Made by a program: the position numbers and the translations under genes. The notes under the pieces are model-generated. The model did no database searches and was not told the DNA's origin. It worked only from the letters and a program-made list of their open reading frames with translations. DNA of 64,000 nt from Myxococcales bacterium (GTDB lineage: Bacteria; Myxococcota; Kuafuiibacteriia; Kuafuiibacteriales; Kuafuiibacteriaceae): positions 333 to 64,332 of the forward strand of contig JAHQVK010000175.1 in assembly GCA_019634385.1 (NCBI GenBank), read 5' to 3'. Positions 27,909 through 37,159 of the stretch are shown piece after piece (position 1 is the first letter of the stretch; each line of letters starts with the position of its first letter).

Positions 27909-29851
27909 CAAGAGAACGGTTGCTTCTGTGTTCGAGCCGTTTCTGTATAGTGTGCTGGGAGTTGATTTAGTGATTCGCGAAGCTGTTGCTCACCAAGCTC
28001 AAGGAGCTTCTCGCCCCGATTCAGAAGATCCTCTACAGTGTGAAACCAACGAGTATATTGATCTATGAAGTTTCGGCCCAGCTCGGTAGGTGTTTTAGCC
28101 ATACGTTCCGCTGCGTAGCGTTCAATTTCAATTTCTAGAAACATAGTCTGAATAATGGGCGTGCTGAACGAGAGGAAAATATCACCTCCCTCAATGATAA
28201 CCTTTTGACGTATGATATCAAGAGTTTGGTAGGGATCCGTTTTTATCAGAGCGTCAAGATGTAACTCGGAGATATCGGGCGGACTATAGTTTATTTGGCA
28301 TTGTGAGGAGAATGATTTGCCTAAATCTAGCAATTTCCGTGTTTTCTGATTGGCTTCTCGTGTATCCTGAATTTGTGCTAAGAGCTGTTGCTGTTTAGAA
28401 GACTGCTCTGTTTGGTCTTTCGGCAGACAAGCAGCTAGCAGGAGGGGGCGGGGATCAGTACCCTTTCTGAGAGAGGTTAAGAGCTCAGGTAGTTCGCCAA
28501 CTTCGGTACGTGGAATATGAAGACCACGGGCCGTTGCGTTGATAACCCGGCCTGAGTAGTCTGCAATGTCGAGATCAAATTGCCGTTGGAATTCCAGCCA
28601 CCGGGAGGTGGTGGTGACGGTATCGCCTCGGGAGCCTTTGGCCTCAATTGCAGGCTGTGTGTTGAACCACTTGATCCTATTTCCGGTTGCAGTACCCTCA
28701 GCGTGTGTATTGCCGTTTTCGGCAAAACATAAATCTTGTCCAACAAGGATAATGGGATTACATCCCGCTAGAGCAGCGATTCGAAAGGCTAAGTTACCTG
28801 CGGAACCACCAAACTCAAACTCTGGTTCATCAACACCTAGCCATTGATGAAAATCTGCGGAGCGAAAAATCAGAGCAAGCGGGCCTTGGTAGTTAGATAG
28901 TATACTTGGTTGCAGTACTGGACAACATGCAAGTACTGTGTCCGGCGCTTCAAGATTCTCAAAATGACGAATGGTCATCTCTACGCGCTCTCGAGAGGTG
29001 GCGACATGTGGGCGAATTCCAGCAGCCTGTAAGATGCGTATAGATGTGTCGGGACAAAAAATAGGTACTTGGTCTTGAATGGGTTTTAAGTATGGAAGAC
29101 TGGCTTGTAAGGAAGGGCCCGCAGAAGCAACGATCGCGGGACGGCCTTTTAATATGTCTTTGAAAGCCCAGATGCTTTTCGATCGAGAAAGTATAGGTAG
29201 GTTGTGACAAATGTTTTCAAGGCCAAGCAAGACATCATTGTAGTCGTTGCCTATCATACGGGCACCGTTTTTCACTGAGTCTAAGAATATATTGGATGCT
29301 GCAACAACATAGTTGGGATATCGATGGGCAGCTCCGTGGGGTACAACCTGAGCAATACTTTTGCAGAAAAAATTATAGCGAGCATGGATGGTGTTCACGT
29401 TGAGCCTGAGTTTCAGCTCGTCGAGTGTTTGACCTATTTGCCAATCGACATGTTTATGGGCAATGGCAGAACGTAAATCAGTCATTCGTATTGCGCACTG
29501 GAAAAGGGCTACATCGGGCTCAACAACGAGGATAGTGCGATCTCTACCTTTGAAGAGTTGGAGAAGCGCATTGAGCTCCAGGCCGAGACCCAGCCCGAAG
29601 AGTCCGACCAAACGGCATTTCTGGATATCTTCGCGGCGTTGTAGCTGCTCCAGTGCGCTAGTAACAGTAGGTGTATACCATTTCTCCTGGTTGTTGGTGT
29701 CCAATAAATTGAGCGTTCCGTCAGGATCTTGGACCGTCCGTAGTGATGAAGGAGAGAGTGTGCTGGCAAGCTCGACGAGCTGCGGTCGATGCTCTTGTAG
29801 AGCAGCCATATTGGCGTCAAAGAATGGCCCGTGCATGCAGTCCCTTTTCAT
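27905..29851 (-). CDS. Maf / DUF115 (MptE-like) motility-associated-factor family protein
   Basis: LFGLGLG, PAIVASAGPSL, GCNPIILVGQDL and VINATARG motifs. Confidence 0.8.
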   Translation of the reverse strand: MKRDCMHGPFFDANMAALQEHRPQLVELASTLSPSSLRTVQDPDGTLNLLDTNNQEKWYTPTVTSALEQLQRREDIQKCRLVGLFGLGLGLELNALLQLFKGRDRTILVVEPDVALFQCAIRMTDLRSAIAHKHVDWQIGQTLDELKLRLNVNTIHARYNFFCKSIAQVVPHGAAHRYPNYVVAASNIFLDSVKNGARMIGNDYNDVLLGLENICHNLPILSRSKSIWAFKDILKGRPAIVASAGPSLQASLPYLKPIQDQVPIFCPDTSIRILQAAGIRPHVATSRERVEMTIRHFENLEAPDTVLACCPVLQPSILSNYQGPLALIFRSADFHQWLGVDEPEFEFGGSAGNLAFRIAALAGCNPIILVGQDLCFAENGNTHAEGTATGNRIKWFNTQPAIEAKGSRGDTVTTTSRWLEFQRQFDLDIADYSGRVINATARGLHIPRTEVGELPELLTSLRKGTDPRPLLLAACLPKDQTEQSSKQQQLLAQIQDTREANQKTRKLLDLGKSFSSQCQINYSPPDISELHLDALIKTDPYQTLDIIRQKVIIEGGDIFLSFSTPIIQTMFLEIEIERYAAERMAKTPTELGRNFIDQYTRWFHTVEDLLNRGEKLLELGEQQLRESLNQLPAHYTETARTQKQPFSC

Positions 29852-29978
29852 CGGCTGCTAGAGCATTAATGACAGTGTGGTGACGAAGATTGGTTCGGGC
29901 TGCAGTGGAGATTCAGTTTTTTGCTAACAATGCGCACTCGACCTCAGTAGGTCTTCGTCTTAAAGTTTGTCATGTTTC

Positions 29979-30827
29979 ATGACGTATGAATTCGTCGATA
30001 TTGGCAGAGCGTCTATGCGCTTACGTCGCATTGGGACCGGAAAGCCTACGATCCTACTCGATGCTGGTTGGGGTCACTGGTCCACCGTGTGGATACGTAT
30101 CCAGGAGCTCCTAGCTACTCAGTTCCAAACGGTTGCCTTCGACCGAATGGGACTAGGTGGGAGTACACGAGTGGGATCGGATCGGCACGCCTTTCAAATA
30201 GTAGACGAACTGCAGGCCGCCTTGCTTGCGGCTCAGGTCGCGGGACCATACGTGTATGTTGGTCATGCCATAGGTGCTGTCCACGCACGAATTCATGCAC
30301 GACGAGACCATCGGGTCCAGGCTATGGTCTTGGTTGAACCTATTGTTGAGACTTTGGCTATGCAGCGGGTCTTCTCTAATTATCGTTACGGCCTTGAGAA
30401 ATCCTACCGGCGGGCATTGAGGTCCGCACGGTGGGGAGTGATTCAACCCACAGCGTGGTTGTTAGGGTGGCCGAAATTTGGCCGGAATTTACCATCAACA
30501 GGTCGCCGAGATCTCCGACGGGGCTATCGTCGGTCGGTTATGCAGACCGTATTGGATGAACTGGACTCGTGTGAGCAAAGTATGCAGCAGCTCGCTGGGG
30601 TGGGCAGTCCCGCGGTACCTATACATGTACTATCAGCCGGTCGAGACTGGTTGTTTGCCCGCCGGGACGGTCATGAGAATCATGTACAGGTGATGCATCG
30701 AAAACTGGCTTCGATGTCGCCGGTTGGATTTCATTCTGTTGTCCCAAATGCAGGGCATAATCTACATCTAGAGTATCCGCGGGAGGTGTTGTCAGCGGTT
30801 CAAGGACTCGTTAAGAAAGTGTGCTAG
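29979..30827 (+). CDS. alpha/beta hydrolase fold protein (Ala at the nucleophile position)
   Basis: DRMGLGGS, VGHAIGA and NAGHNLH; start ATG 29979 or TTG 29967. Confidence 0.8.
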   Translation: MTYEFVDIGRASMRLRRIGTGKPTILLDAGWGHWSTVWIRIQELLATQFQTVAFDRMGLGGSTRVGSDRHAFQIVDELQAALLAAQVAGPYVYVGHAIGAVHARIHARRDHRVQAMVLVEPIVETLAMQRVFSNYRYGLEKSYRRALRSARWGVIQPTAWLLGWPKFGRNLPSTGRRDLRRGYRRSVMQTVLDELDSCEQSMQQLAGVGSPAVPIHVLSAGRDWLFARRDGHENHVQVMHRKLASMSPVGFHSVVPNAGHNLHLEYPREVLSAVQGLVKKVC

Positions 30828-31186
30828 CAGCCGGTTGGTTTGGCTAGGTAGCTCTTCTTCGGGAGGTTCTTTCGGTGGAATATCTCGAGCGGTCCGCCTC
30901 CTTATTGGTTACATACCCTTTGTGTACTCTCATTTTTTGCAAAAAAATTTCAGCGATAGTCTAGGGCTGTTTTTATACTCCAGCTGTGGAAATGCCGCCT
31001 TAGCCTGCGTTTGTGAGGGGTCAGCGTCGGAGGGAGGGTACCGCACGTACCGGGCCACGAGGCCCGAAAGGGTGGCGAAGCCACCGACTCGTAGCAAATG
31101 CGGGAAACAAGTCAGAACGTGGTTCGGAGTTGCAAGACACGCCATAGTGTTGGCGATCGTGGCTCAGTCAAATCAACGGCTGCTAG
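30824..31186. mobile_element. D-like-ended element containing a nested family A copy (30961-31147)
   Basis: CTAGCAGCCGGTTG ... CAACGGCTGCTAG outer termini; inner CTAGGGCTGT ... GACACGCCATAG. Confidence 0.65.
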
Positions 31187-31194
31187 AGCCAGAA

Positions 31195-31308
31195 TACGGC
31201 AAAGACCCCTTGAATTGCTTCTGTAAGAATCACCAAGCGGTCGCGCAGCGGGGCACAGCCCGGCGTAGAAGCAGTCACTTGGGTTCAACCCAAGTGATTT
31301 CTGCTGTA
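31195..31308. mobile_element. MITE family C
   Basis: TACGGCAAAGACCCC ... GATTTCTGCTGTA. Confidence 0.8.
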
Positions 31309-31512
31309 GTCTTGAGCTGTCTATCTTTATCATCAATAAGACTCCCTTGCTGACCGGATAGATGTTCGGCTGTCCTCCCAGAACCTATGAGTTGCCGAGC
31401 CGTACTTGGGTAAAGCACAGTATTGTACCCCTCCGATCAACAAGACTTTGAATTACATAAGTCAGCTATTGTCAGCCACCTTTGGCAAGACGCTCCGCAT
31501 TGTTGTAGCTTC

Positions 31513-31850
31513 ACAGCCGGTTGATCTAGCCCTGCACGCATCTATCGGCCGGTCTTTCCGTGAAAGGTCCTGACCACTAGCAGGCCATCGGAAAAGTGGG
31601 ATGGGTGATCCGCGAAGTATCTTTTCCGTGGACCGCTCCGGATGAAGAGGGCGCATACAACCGATGAAAGGCGAAGCCGGTCCAGACGTTCCACGGAAAA
31701 AAACCCGCGAAGCGCCTAACTCACTTTTCCGATGGCCTGCTAGAAGTCTCTCCTCGGTCGCGTACCGCCAGGTACGCTCGCCTCGTCGTCAGAGCGTTTC
31801 ACGAAAAGCCTGGCTCGATAGCTACACACAGGGCTAAATCAACCGGCTGT
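31513..31850 (-). mobile_element. MITE family D (reverse) containing a nested family B copy (31577-31743)
   Basis: Both flanks match the reverse complement of 27543-27723; B is bounded by duplicated CTAG. Confidence 0.88.
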
Positions 31851-31861
31851 TCAGTGAAAAA

Positions 31862-33586
31862 CTATCCTGCTACACCCACCGCGTCCCAGGCTTCGCTAAT
31901 GATCTGTGAAGTACGCTGATCCTCGGCGAAAATATCATTAGCGGATTGTAGTGTGGCTCTTCTTGCGTCACGAAAGGTACTAGCTGGTTGAAGGTAATGT
32001 TGGAGAGCGTGCATCCATATTTGACCCGCACTACGCATGGCTCGTTCCATATCGCCACTATAGTGGGCTTTGAGACCGATTGTATGACCACCTAGGCGGT
32101 GTTGACCACCTTCAACGCTCAGATAAAAAGCATGGTTTTGTATGCCGGAGGAGTAATGAACATCAATGTTCTCTTGATAGTTGTCAAAATGATCAAGAGA
32201 CCTTCCATCAGCGAGAGGATCATCCATAAATCGAAGTGCATCGTCGTCTGAGCCATGCGGAGTAAATGTATCCTCACCAAGACGCCAGTCGAACGGATGA
32301 ACATTTGAAGTTTCTGGATCTGCAGATTGGGTATGCCACCATTCGAATAGAGTGCCGATGATGTCGCTATAGGATTCGTTTAGCCCACCTGATTCCCCTC
32401 TGTAAATGAGTCCTGCGGACTTCTCCGTGATTCCATGAGCAAGCTCATGACCAATAATATCAATGGTTGATAATCTACCAAATGTTTGGTTGTCACCGTG
32501 TCCGATATGAATGACATCTTGATACCAGAATGCATTGTTGTAGTCTTTCCCAACGTTAGTCAAAGCTTGTAGTTTCAGCTGTCGATTATCCAACGATCTC
32601 AATCCAAAGAAGTCCTGCAAAAAGTCTAGGAAGGTTGTGGTGGCGTAGTGCGTTTCGACGGCCGCCTTGATTCGGTTCGAGGCTTGTGGTCCACCCCACG
32701 TATCGTCAGCGCTTACAAATGGGCTTCCGAGATCAAAATGTCCCGCGATTTGTTCGGGATCTTGCTCTTGCGCGTCGCGGGTCTCTGCGTAGTCTTTGGG
32801 CGTTCGAAGCTCGTAGCCAGCGGTGCTAAGGGTTGTACGGAGCTGTACAAAACCAACTAAGTCCCCAAAATCGTCAGCTTGATCTGCGCCAGGGCTAAAC
32901 TGTCTCACCCTACGAAGAGTAGGGTGTTCAGTGAGGTTGATGTGGGGATCGTGGCCTCGGATTTGGTCCCAGGATAATAGTACGTGGTCAGAAAGTGCAT
33001 CGATCAGCAGGTGGGGAATAAGAGGGAGAGACTGAGTCTCGGCACGGGATAGGCAGAAATCTGCCATGCGAATGTAGTAGGCTAACTGGATAGTCCGGGC
33101 GGAGCCGCGGTAATTGACCAACTCAATGGACGTGGTTTGAATGGTATCATGGCTACATCCATAGTAGTTTACAACAAAGTTCCGGGCGATGGCGTCGACT
33201 TCATCAATAGTGTGTACGTGGGTGTTAGACGGCACGAGAGATGAAAATGGTTGCCATAGATCTGTGGATGTTCCGGAGAACTTAATCTCGCCATCGGGAT
33301 GAATTTGTGCGAGAAAGTATTCCCCGAATAGTGACCGACGATCGTACTCGATACCTAAACGCACATGGATAATGCTTTGCGCATCAACATCTATACGAAG
33401 TGGCACAAGGCGGTGAAAGGTACCTGGGCGTAAGATGGTTTCGTTTTTGCTGCATTCTGGTCTAAAATGGTCGGGTAATTGTTGCTCAACGGTAGCGAGG
33501 ATGTACTTACCTGCTTCACTTTGGAGTGTCACTGGTGTGCTAGGGGCTAGGGTCGACAATTGGTCCGAAAATGGTTGGGTGCTCAT
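31862..33586 (-). CDS. M4 family (thermolysin-like) metallopeptidase
   Basis: NNAFW, HELAH, GGLNESYSD and DVHYSSG motifs. Confidence 0.92.
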   Translation of the reverse strand: MSTQPFSDQLSTLAPSTPVTLQSEAGKYILATVEQQLPDHFRPECSKNETILRPGTFHRLVPLRIDVDAQSIIHVRLGIEYDRRSLFGEYFLAQIHPDGEIKFSGTSTDLWQPFSSLVPSNTHVHTIDEVDAIARNFVVNYYGCSHDTIQTTSIELVNYRGSARTIQLAYYIRMADFCLSRAETQSLPLIPHLLIDALSDHVLLSWDQIRGHDPHINLTEHPTLRRVRQFSPGADQADDFGDLVGFVQLRTTLSTAGYELRTPKDYAETRDAQEQDPEQIAGHFDLGSPFVSADDTWGGPQASNRIKAAVETHYATTTFLDFLQDFFGLRSLDNRQLKLQALTNVGKDYNNAFWYQDVIHIGHGDNQTFGRLSTIDIIGHELAHGITEKSAGLIYRGESGGLNESYSDIIGTLFEWWHTQSADPETSNVHPFDWRLGEDTFTPHGSDDDALRFMDDPLADGRSLDHFDNYQENIDVHYSSGIQNHAFYLSVEGGQHRLGGHTIGLKAHYSGDMERAMRSAGQIWMHALQHYLQPASTFRDARRATLQSANDIFAEDQRTSQIISEAWDAVGVAG

Positions 33587-33588
33587 GA

Positions 33589-34521
33589 TTGGGTGTGGCG
33601 GATCCTTTACGTTTTAGGCATACGATGCAAGTGCTTAGCCAGGCTGGTGATATGCGTTGGGTTGTTCATAGTGTTCCAGAGAATGCGAGGGTGGTGTGCT
33701 TATCGGATATACATGGAAATCGTGCTGCGCTTGAGGCGGTTTGGACAACTTCCAACCTGGATCAGGCAGAGTTGGTGGTGATGCACGGTGACCTGGTGAA
33801 TCGGGGGCCGTGCTCTGATGTCGTTTGGGATATGTGTGTTTCCGAGCCTCGCTGGAGGTTGATCTCAGGTAATCACGAGCGATACGTCCGAAATCATCTT
33901 ATACCAGGTGCTGCTCCGCAGGGTCGATGGGCTGAAATCCATTCTACCTCCGCCTGGACGTGTCGAAAGTTAGGAACTCGCGCACGTGGGCTCTTCGATT
34001 GGCCGGATGGTGTTATTCTTCAGTCACCGGGCCTTCCCGAGATTCGGGTGGTACACGCCTCGCTCTTAGGAGATGATCGAGGAGTAGGTCCAGGTGACTC
34101 ACCAAAATATCAACGGATGGCCGCAGAGGGGCTGTGGTCACTTCTGGTTGTTGGCCATATTCACCGGTGTTATGACTTTTGGGCAGGCACGACGCAGGTA
34201 CTAAATGCTGGATCCGTGGGATCCGCCTCTGATGGGGTGCACCAGGCTGGATGGGTTGAGCTACGGGCGCTTCCGACCGGATGGTCAACGACCATTCACC
34301 GAATACCGTACGATGAACAGCGTGCAGATGACGATTTCTACCACTCTGGTTTTTTGAGCGAAGGAGGGCCAACGGCAAGATTGATTTACCGCGAATGGCA
34401 GCTTGCGCGCCCGGTGATAAGACCATGGTTCGAGCGGTATGTAGAGCGAGTATTGCAGGAGGAGCTTTCGATCGAAAAAGCGGTTTCAGACTATCTGGAG
34501 GAACTGGATGAGGACTTATAA
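33589..34521 (+). CDS. metallophosphoesterase
   Basis: SDIHGN, GDLVNRGP, GNHE, GHIH and NAGSVG motifs; real start probably 33625 or 33652. Confidence 0.88.
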   Translation: MGVADPLRFRHTMQVLSQAGDMRWVVHSVPENARVVCLSDIHGNRAALEAVWTTSNLDQAELVVMHGDLVNRGPCSDVVWDMCVSEPRWRLISGNHERYVRNHLIPGAAPQGRWAEIHSTSAWTCRKLGTRARGLFDWPDGVILQSPGLPEIRVVHASLLGDDRGVGPGDSPKYQRMAAEGLWSLLVVGHIHRCYDFWAGTTQVLNAGSVGSASDGVHQAGWVELRALPTGWSTTIHRIPYDEQRADDDFYHSGFLSEGGPTARLIYREWQLARPVIRPWFERYVERVLQEELSIEKAVSDYLEELDEDL

Positions 34522-35343
34522 ACTTAGGCTGAGGCCAAAGTTAAGGCCGTAGAAACCGTCGCTATCAAATGCGAAGCCATATGGCTCGGTGAGATTCATC
34601 CACAGCCCGGCATGGGCGGTAAGCAAACCAGCGATAGAGGCTTCCACAAAGGGTTCGATGGCGACCTGTGCGTCGGAGCTAGCGTATGCTTCCGGTAGTA
34701 CGGCGGTTTGGATTCTTAGGCCAATTCCTGCAATCCCCAGCAACGGTAGCATGGCTTGGGCCCCGGCCTGAAATCCGACACCATCGGCGTCACTACTGAC
34801 ATTTGCGGTGCTAAATAGGGCGATAGGGGTGATATCGCCGGCTACTTGGATGGGACCAACATTGAGCTCAGCTTCAGCAGTAGCGGTGAGCCCAAAAGTC
34901 TGAGGTGCATACATGAAGGCATTGTATCCCCCTCGAGTTGCAATATTAGCACGTGCGATGTTTATTGCGTTGGTTCTGTCTGGGTTCGAGAGGGGAATTG
35001 AAGCTCCAACTCCCAGACGAAGGGTTAAAATCTTTATGTCGAAGGTATGTAGTACATTAAAGTAGGGATTAAAAAAGACAACATCGTCCGTCTTTTCTTC
35101 GTTATTAAAGAAACCGTTGGAATTGGCGAAGCCCCATCGTCCACGAAAAGCTAACTGACCGGTCGTAAATTGTACGCCAAACTCCGGAGAATGAACGGTT
35201 GTTTCGTTTTGAGAAAAGAAGGTGTACTCCGCTTCAACATCCATAGCGGCTCGGGCGGGGGAAACTACCCCGACTAGGGTGGTTGCAGCGAGGAGAACGT
35301 GGCTACTGACGATCCCAAAGTGCTTCTGATTCAAAACCCTCAT
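34516..35343 (-). CDS. putative outer-membrane beta-barrel protein
   Basis: Signal peptide ending ARA; alternating amphipathic strands; C-terminal GLNFGLSLSL. Confidence 0.65.
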   Translation of the reverse strand: MRVLNQKHFGIVSSHVLLAATTLVGVVSPARAAMDVEAEYTFFSQNETTVHSPEFGVQFTTGQLAFRGRWGFANSNGFFNNEEKTDDVVFFNPYFNVLHTFDIKILTLRLGVGASIPLSNPDRTNAINIARANIATRGGYNAFMYAPQTFGLTATAEAELNVGPIQVAGDITPIALFSTANVSSDADGVGFQAGAQAMLPLLGIAGIGLRIQTAVLPEAYASSDAQVAIEPFVEASIAGLLTAHAGLWMNLTEPYGFAFDSDGFYGLNFGLSLSL

Positions 35344-35650
35344 AGCAAGAGGTTAGTGGACTCGAAGAATGAAACCAAGCCATCATATGATGTGTCGACA
35401 CGCACAGGATATATTTTGAGGGGGCTCGCCCTAGAACGTCGGATTGGTTGAAATAGGCCTTTGTTACTGATTCTTATAAGTTTTAGGCGTTGTGCTCGTG
35501 CCTCAAGGAGCGTCTTAGTCTTTGGGATTCATTCAGCCCCTCCGGCGCGCAAGCCTTAGAACTCACGAAAATGGTGTATGTCAGGCGATTTCAACCCATT
35601 GGTCTTGAACCAAGTCGAAGCCGAGGCGTGGGATAAAGCAGGGAAGTTCC

Positions 35651-36232
35651 TCAGCGGTAGGTGAGATTGCGCGGCGGTACCGGATGATTTCGGCTGGCAA
35701 ATAGTGCAATAGCGGCAGCGTTGGTTACATTGATAGATGAGTTGCGTCCGAACATCGAAATGTGAAAAATTTTATCGCAGGCAGCAAGAAGGTCATCTGG
35801 CAGACCAAATTTCTCCGATCCAACTAACCAACATAACTGGGAACCTAGTAGTCGTGGCAATTCACAGATGTCTTGACTTAATGAGGCTATTTCGAGAGCT
35901 ACGAGCTGAAATTGTTTTCTTCGAAGCTCCTCTATGTATGGTTGGGGTTGGGCGGAGTAAGAATAAGGAACCCAACGATCTGCGCTGCGCGCATTCCGAT
36001 GTATCTTAACATTTGGTGGTTTGGATGCACGTCCGGAGAGATAGATATGCTCTACGTCGAACGCATCAGCGAGTCGAAATAGTCCACCAACATTAGCCGG
36101 GTTGTGCACATCGTGAGCCCACAAGCGAAGAGGAGACGAGACGCGTGAACTGGGCCATGCACCAGGGGGTGAATTCATTTTTGATAGTCCTCTCATCATT
36201 ATCGTAATCCCCAGTGTGTTAAGACGATACAC
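35651..36232 (-). CDS. TrmH/SpoU family RNA methyltransferase
   Basis: NPANVGGLFR, VGSEKFGL and ISMFGRNSSINV SPOUT motifs. Confidence 0.88.
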   Translation of the reverse strand: MYRLNTLGITIMMRGLSKMNSPPGAWPSSRVSSPLRLWAHDVHNPANVGGLFRLADAFDVEHIYLSGRASKPPNVKIHRNARSADRWVPYSYSAQPQPYIEELRRKQFQLVALEIASLSQDICELPRLLGSQLCWLVGSEKFGLPDDLLAACDKIFHISMFGRNSSINVTNAAAIALFASRNHPVPPRNLTYR

Positions 36233-36282
36233 TTATGTAATCATCCTTGAGCCGACGCGACTGAAAGCTTACATGTGCTCAT

Positions 36283-36606
36283 ATGAAAGATTTTACTCAT
36301 GCAGTCGTTCAAACCATTGGAGAAGATGGTCGAGCTCGATCCGTGCTATTGGATATAGAGACTGCTTCACAATTAACCAACGCGAAAGTGAGTCAGCTCG
36401 TGGCCGCTGGATCTTCCATAGAAAATATTCCCCCAGAAGTTCAGCAAATTCTAAGCTGGGATTTGGCGGGCATGAAACGGGCTCTGGTCGAGGGTGAGAA
36501 ACGGGGAGAGATCTCAGCCGATTCATCAATGGAACAAATCGAAAAGTATCTCAAGGACTATCAACAACGCCATAAAGTTGATTTTGGCTTGCCCAAACTT
36601 ACCTGA
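36283..36606 (+). CDS. hypothetical protein
   Basis: 107-aa ORF of natural-looking composition in an otherwise empty interval. Confidence 0.55.
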   Translation: MKDFTHAVVQTIGEDGRARSVLLDIETASQLTNAKVSQLVAAGSSIENIPPEVQQILSWDLAGMKRALVEGEKRGEISADSSMEQIEKYLKDYQQRHKVDFGLPKLT

Positions 36607-36619
36607 ACTTGGTTTCGCC

Positions 36620-36654
36620 TAACGCTAAATGAGGTTTAACGCTAAATGAGGTTT
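36620..36654. repeat. 17-bp direct tandem duplication
   Basis: TAACGCTAAATGAGGTT x2. Confidence 0.8.
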
Positions 36655-36724
36655 GCCTTGCCAGGCACAGCTCAGTCCTCTTTGGTGATTTAAGATGCTG
36701 AATATGTTGAATCCTCCGCAGCAC

Positions 36725-36838
36725 TACAGCGGAAATCACTTGGGTTGAACCAAAGTTCCTGCTTCTACGCTGGGCTATGCCGCGCTGCGCGACCCCTTGT
36801 TGATTCTCACAGAATCAATTCAAGTGGTCTTTGCTGTG
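36725..36838. mobile_element. MITE family C
   Basis: TACAGCGGAAATCAC ... GGTCTTTGCTG. Confidence 0.8.
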
Positions 36839-36890
36839 TAGCCGCTATTTGCCGTTGATTGTTCCCTCTGGATTTTAGCGATAGTTCTAG

Positions 36891-37071
36891 CTAGGGCATG
36901 TCTTTAAACTCTGGCTGGGGTGATGACGCTTTATCCAGCGCTTGTGAAGGGCCGGCCCCGGAAGATACTGGATGTACTGGGCCGAGGGCCCGAAAGGGTG
37001 GCGAGCCAACGACCCCTCAAAAATACAGGAAACAAGTCAGAATGCGGTCCGGAGCTTAAAGACACGCCTAA
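36891..37071 (+). mobile_element. MITE family A
   Basis: CTAGGGCATGTCTTTAA ... TTAAAGACACGCCTAA. Confidence 0.8.
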
Positions 37072-37159
37072 ACCACCGGCTGGAAATCCTCTCCGGGTAG
37101 CAACGGACGTGGAGTGAATTTGCTGGTCACCATTCGGCGGGTTCGATGTAAACGATGAC

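Noticed and set aside
36620..36654. 17-bp tandem repeat as a functional array
   Set aside because: Only two units, consistent with simple slippage duplication.
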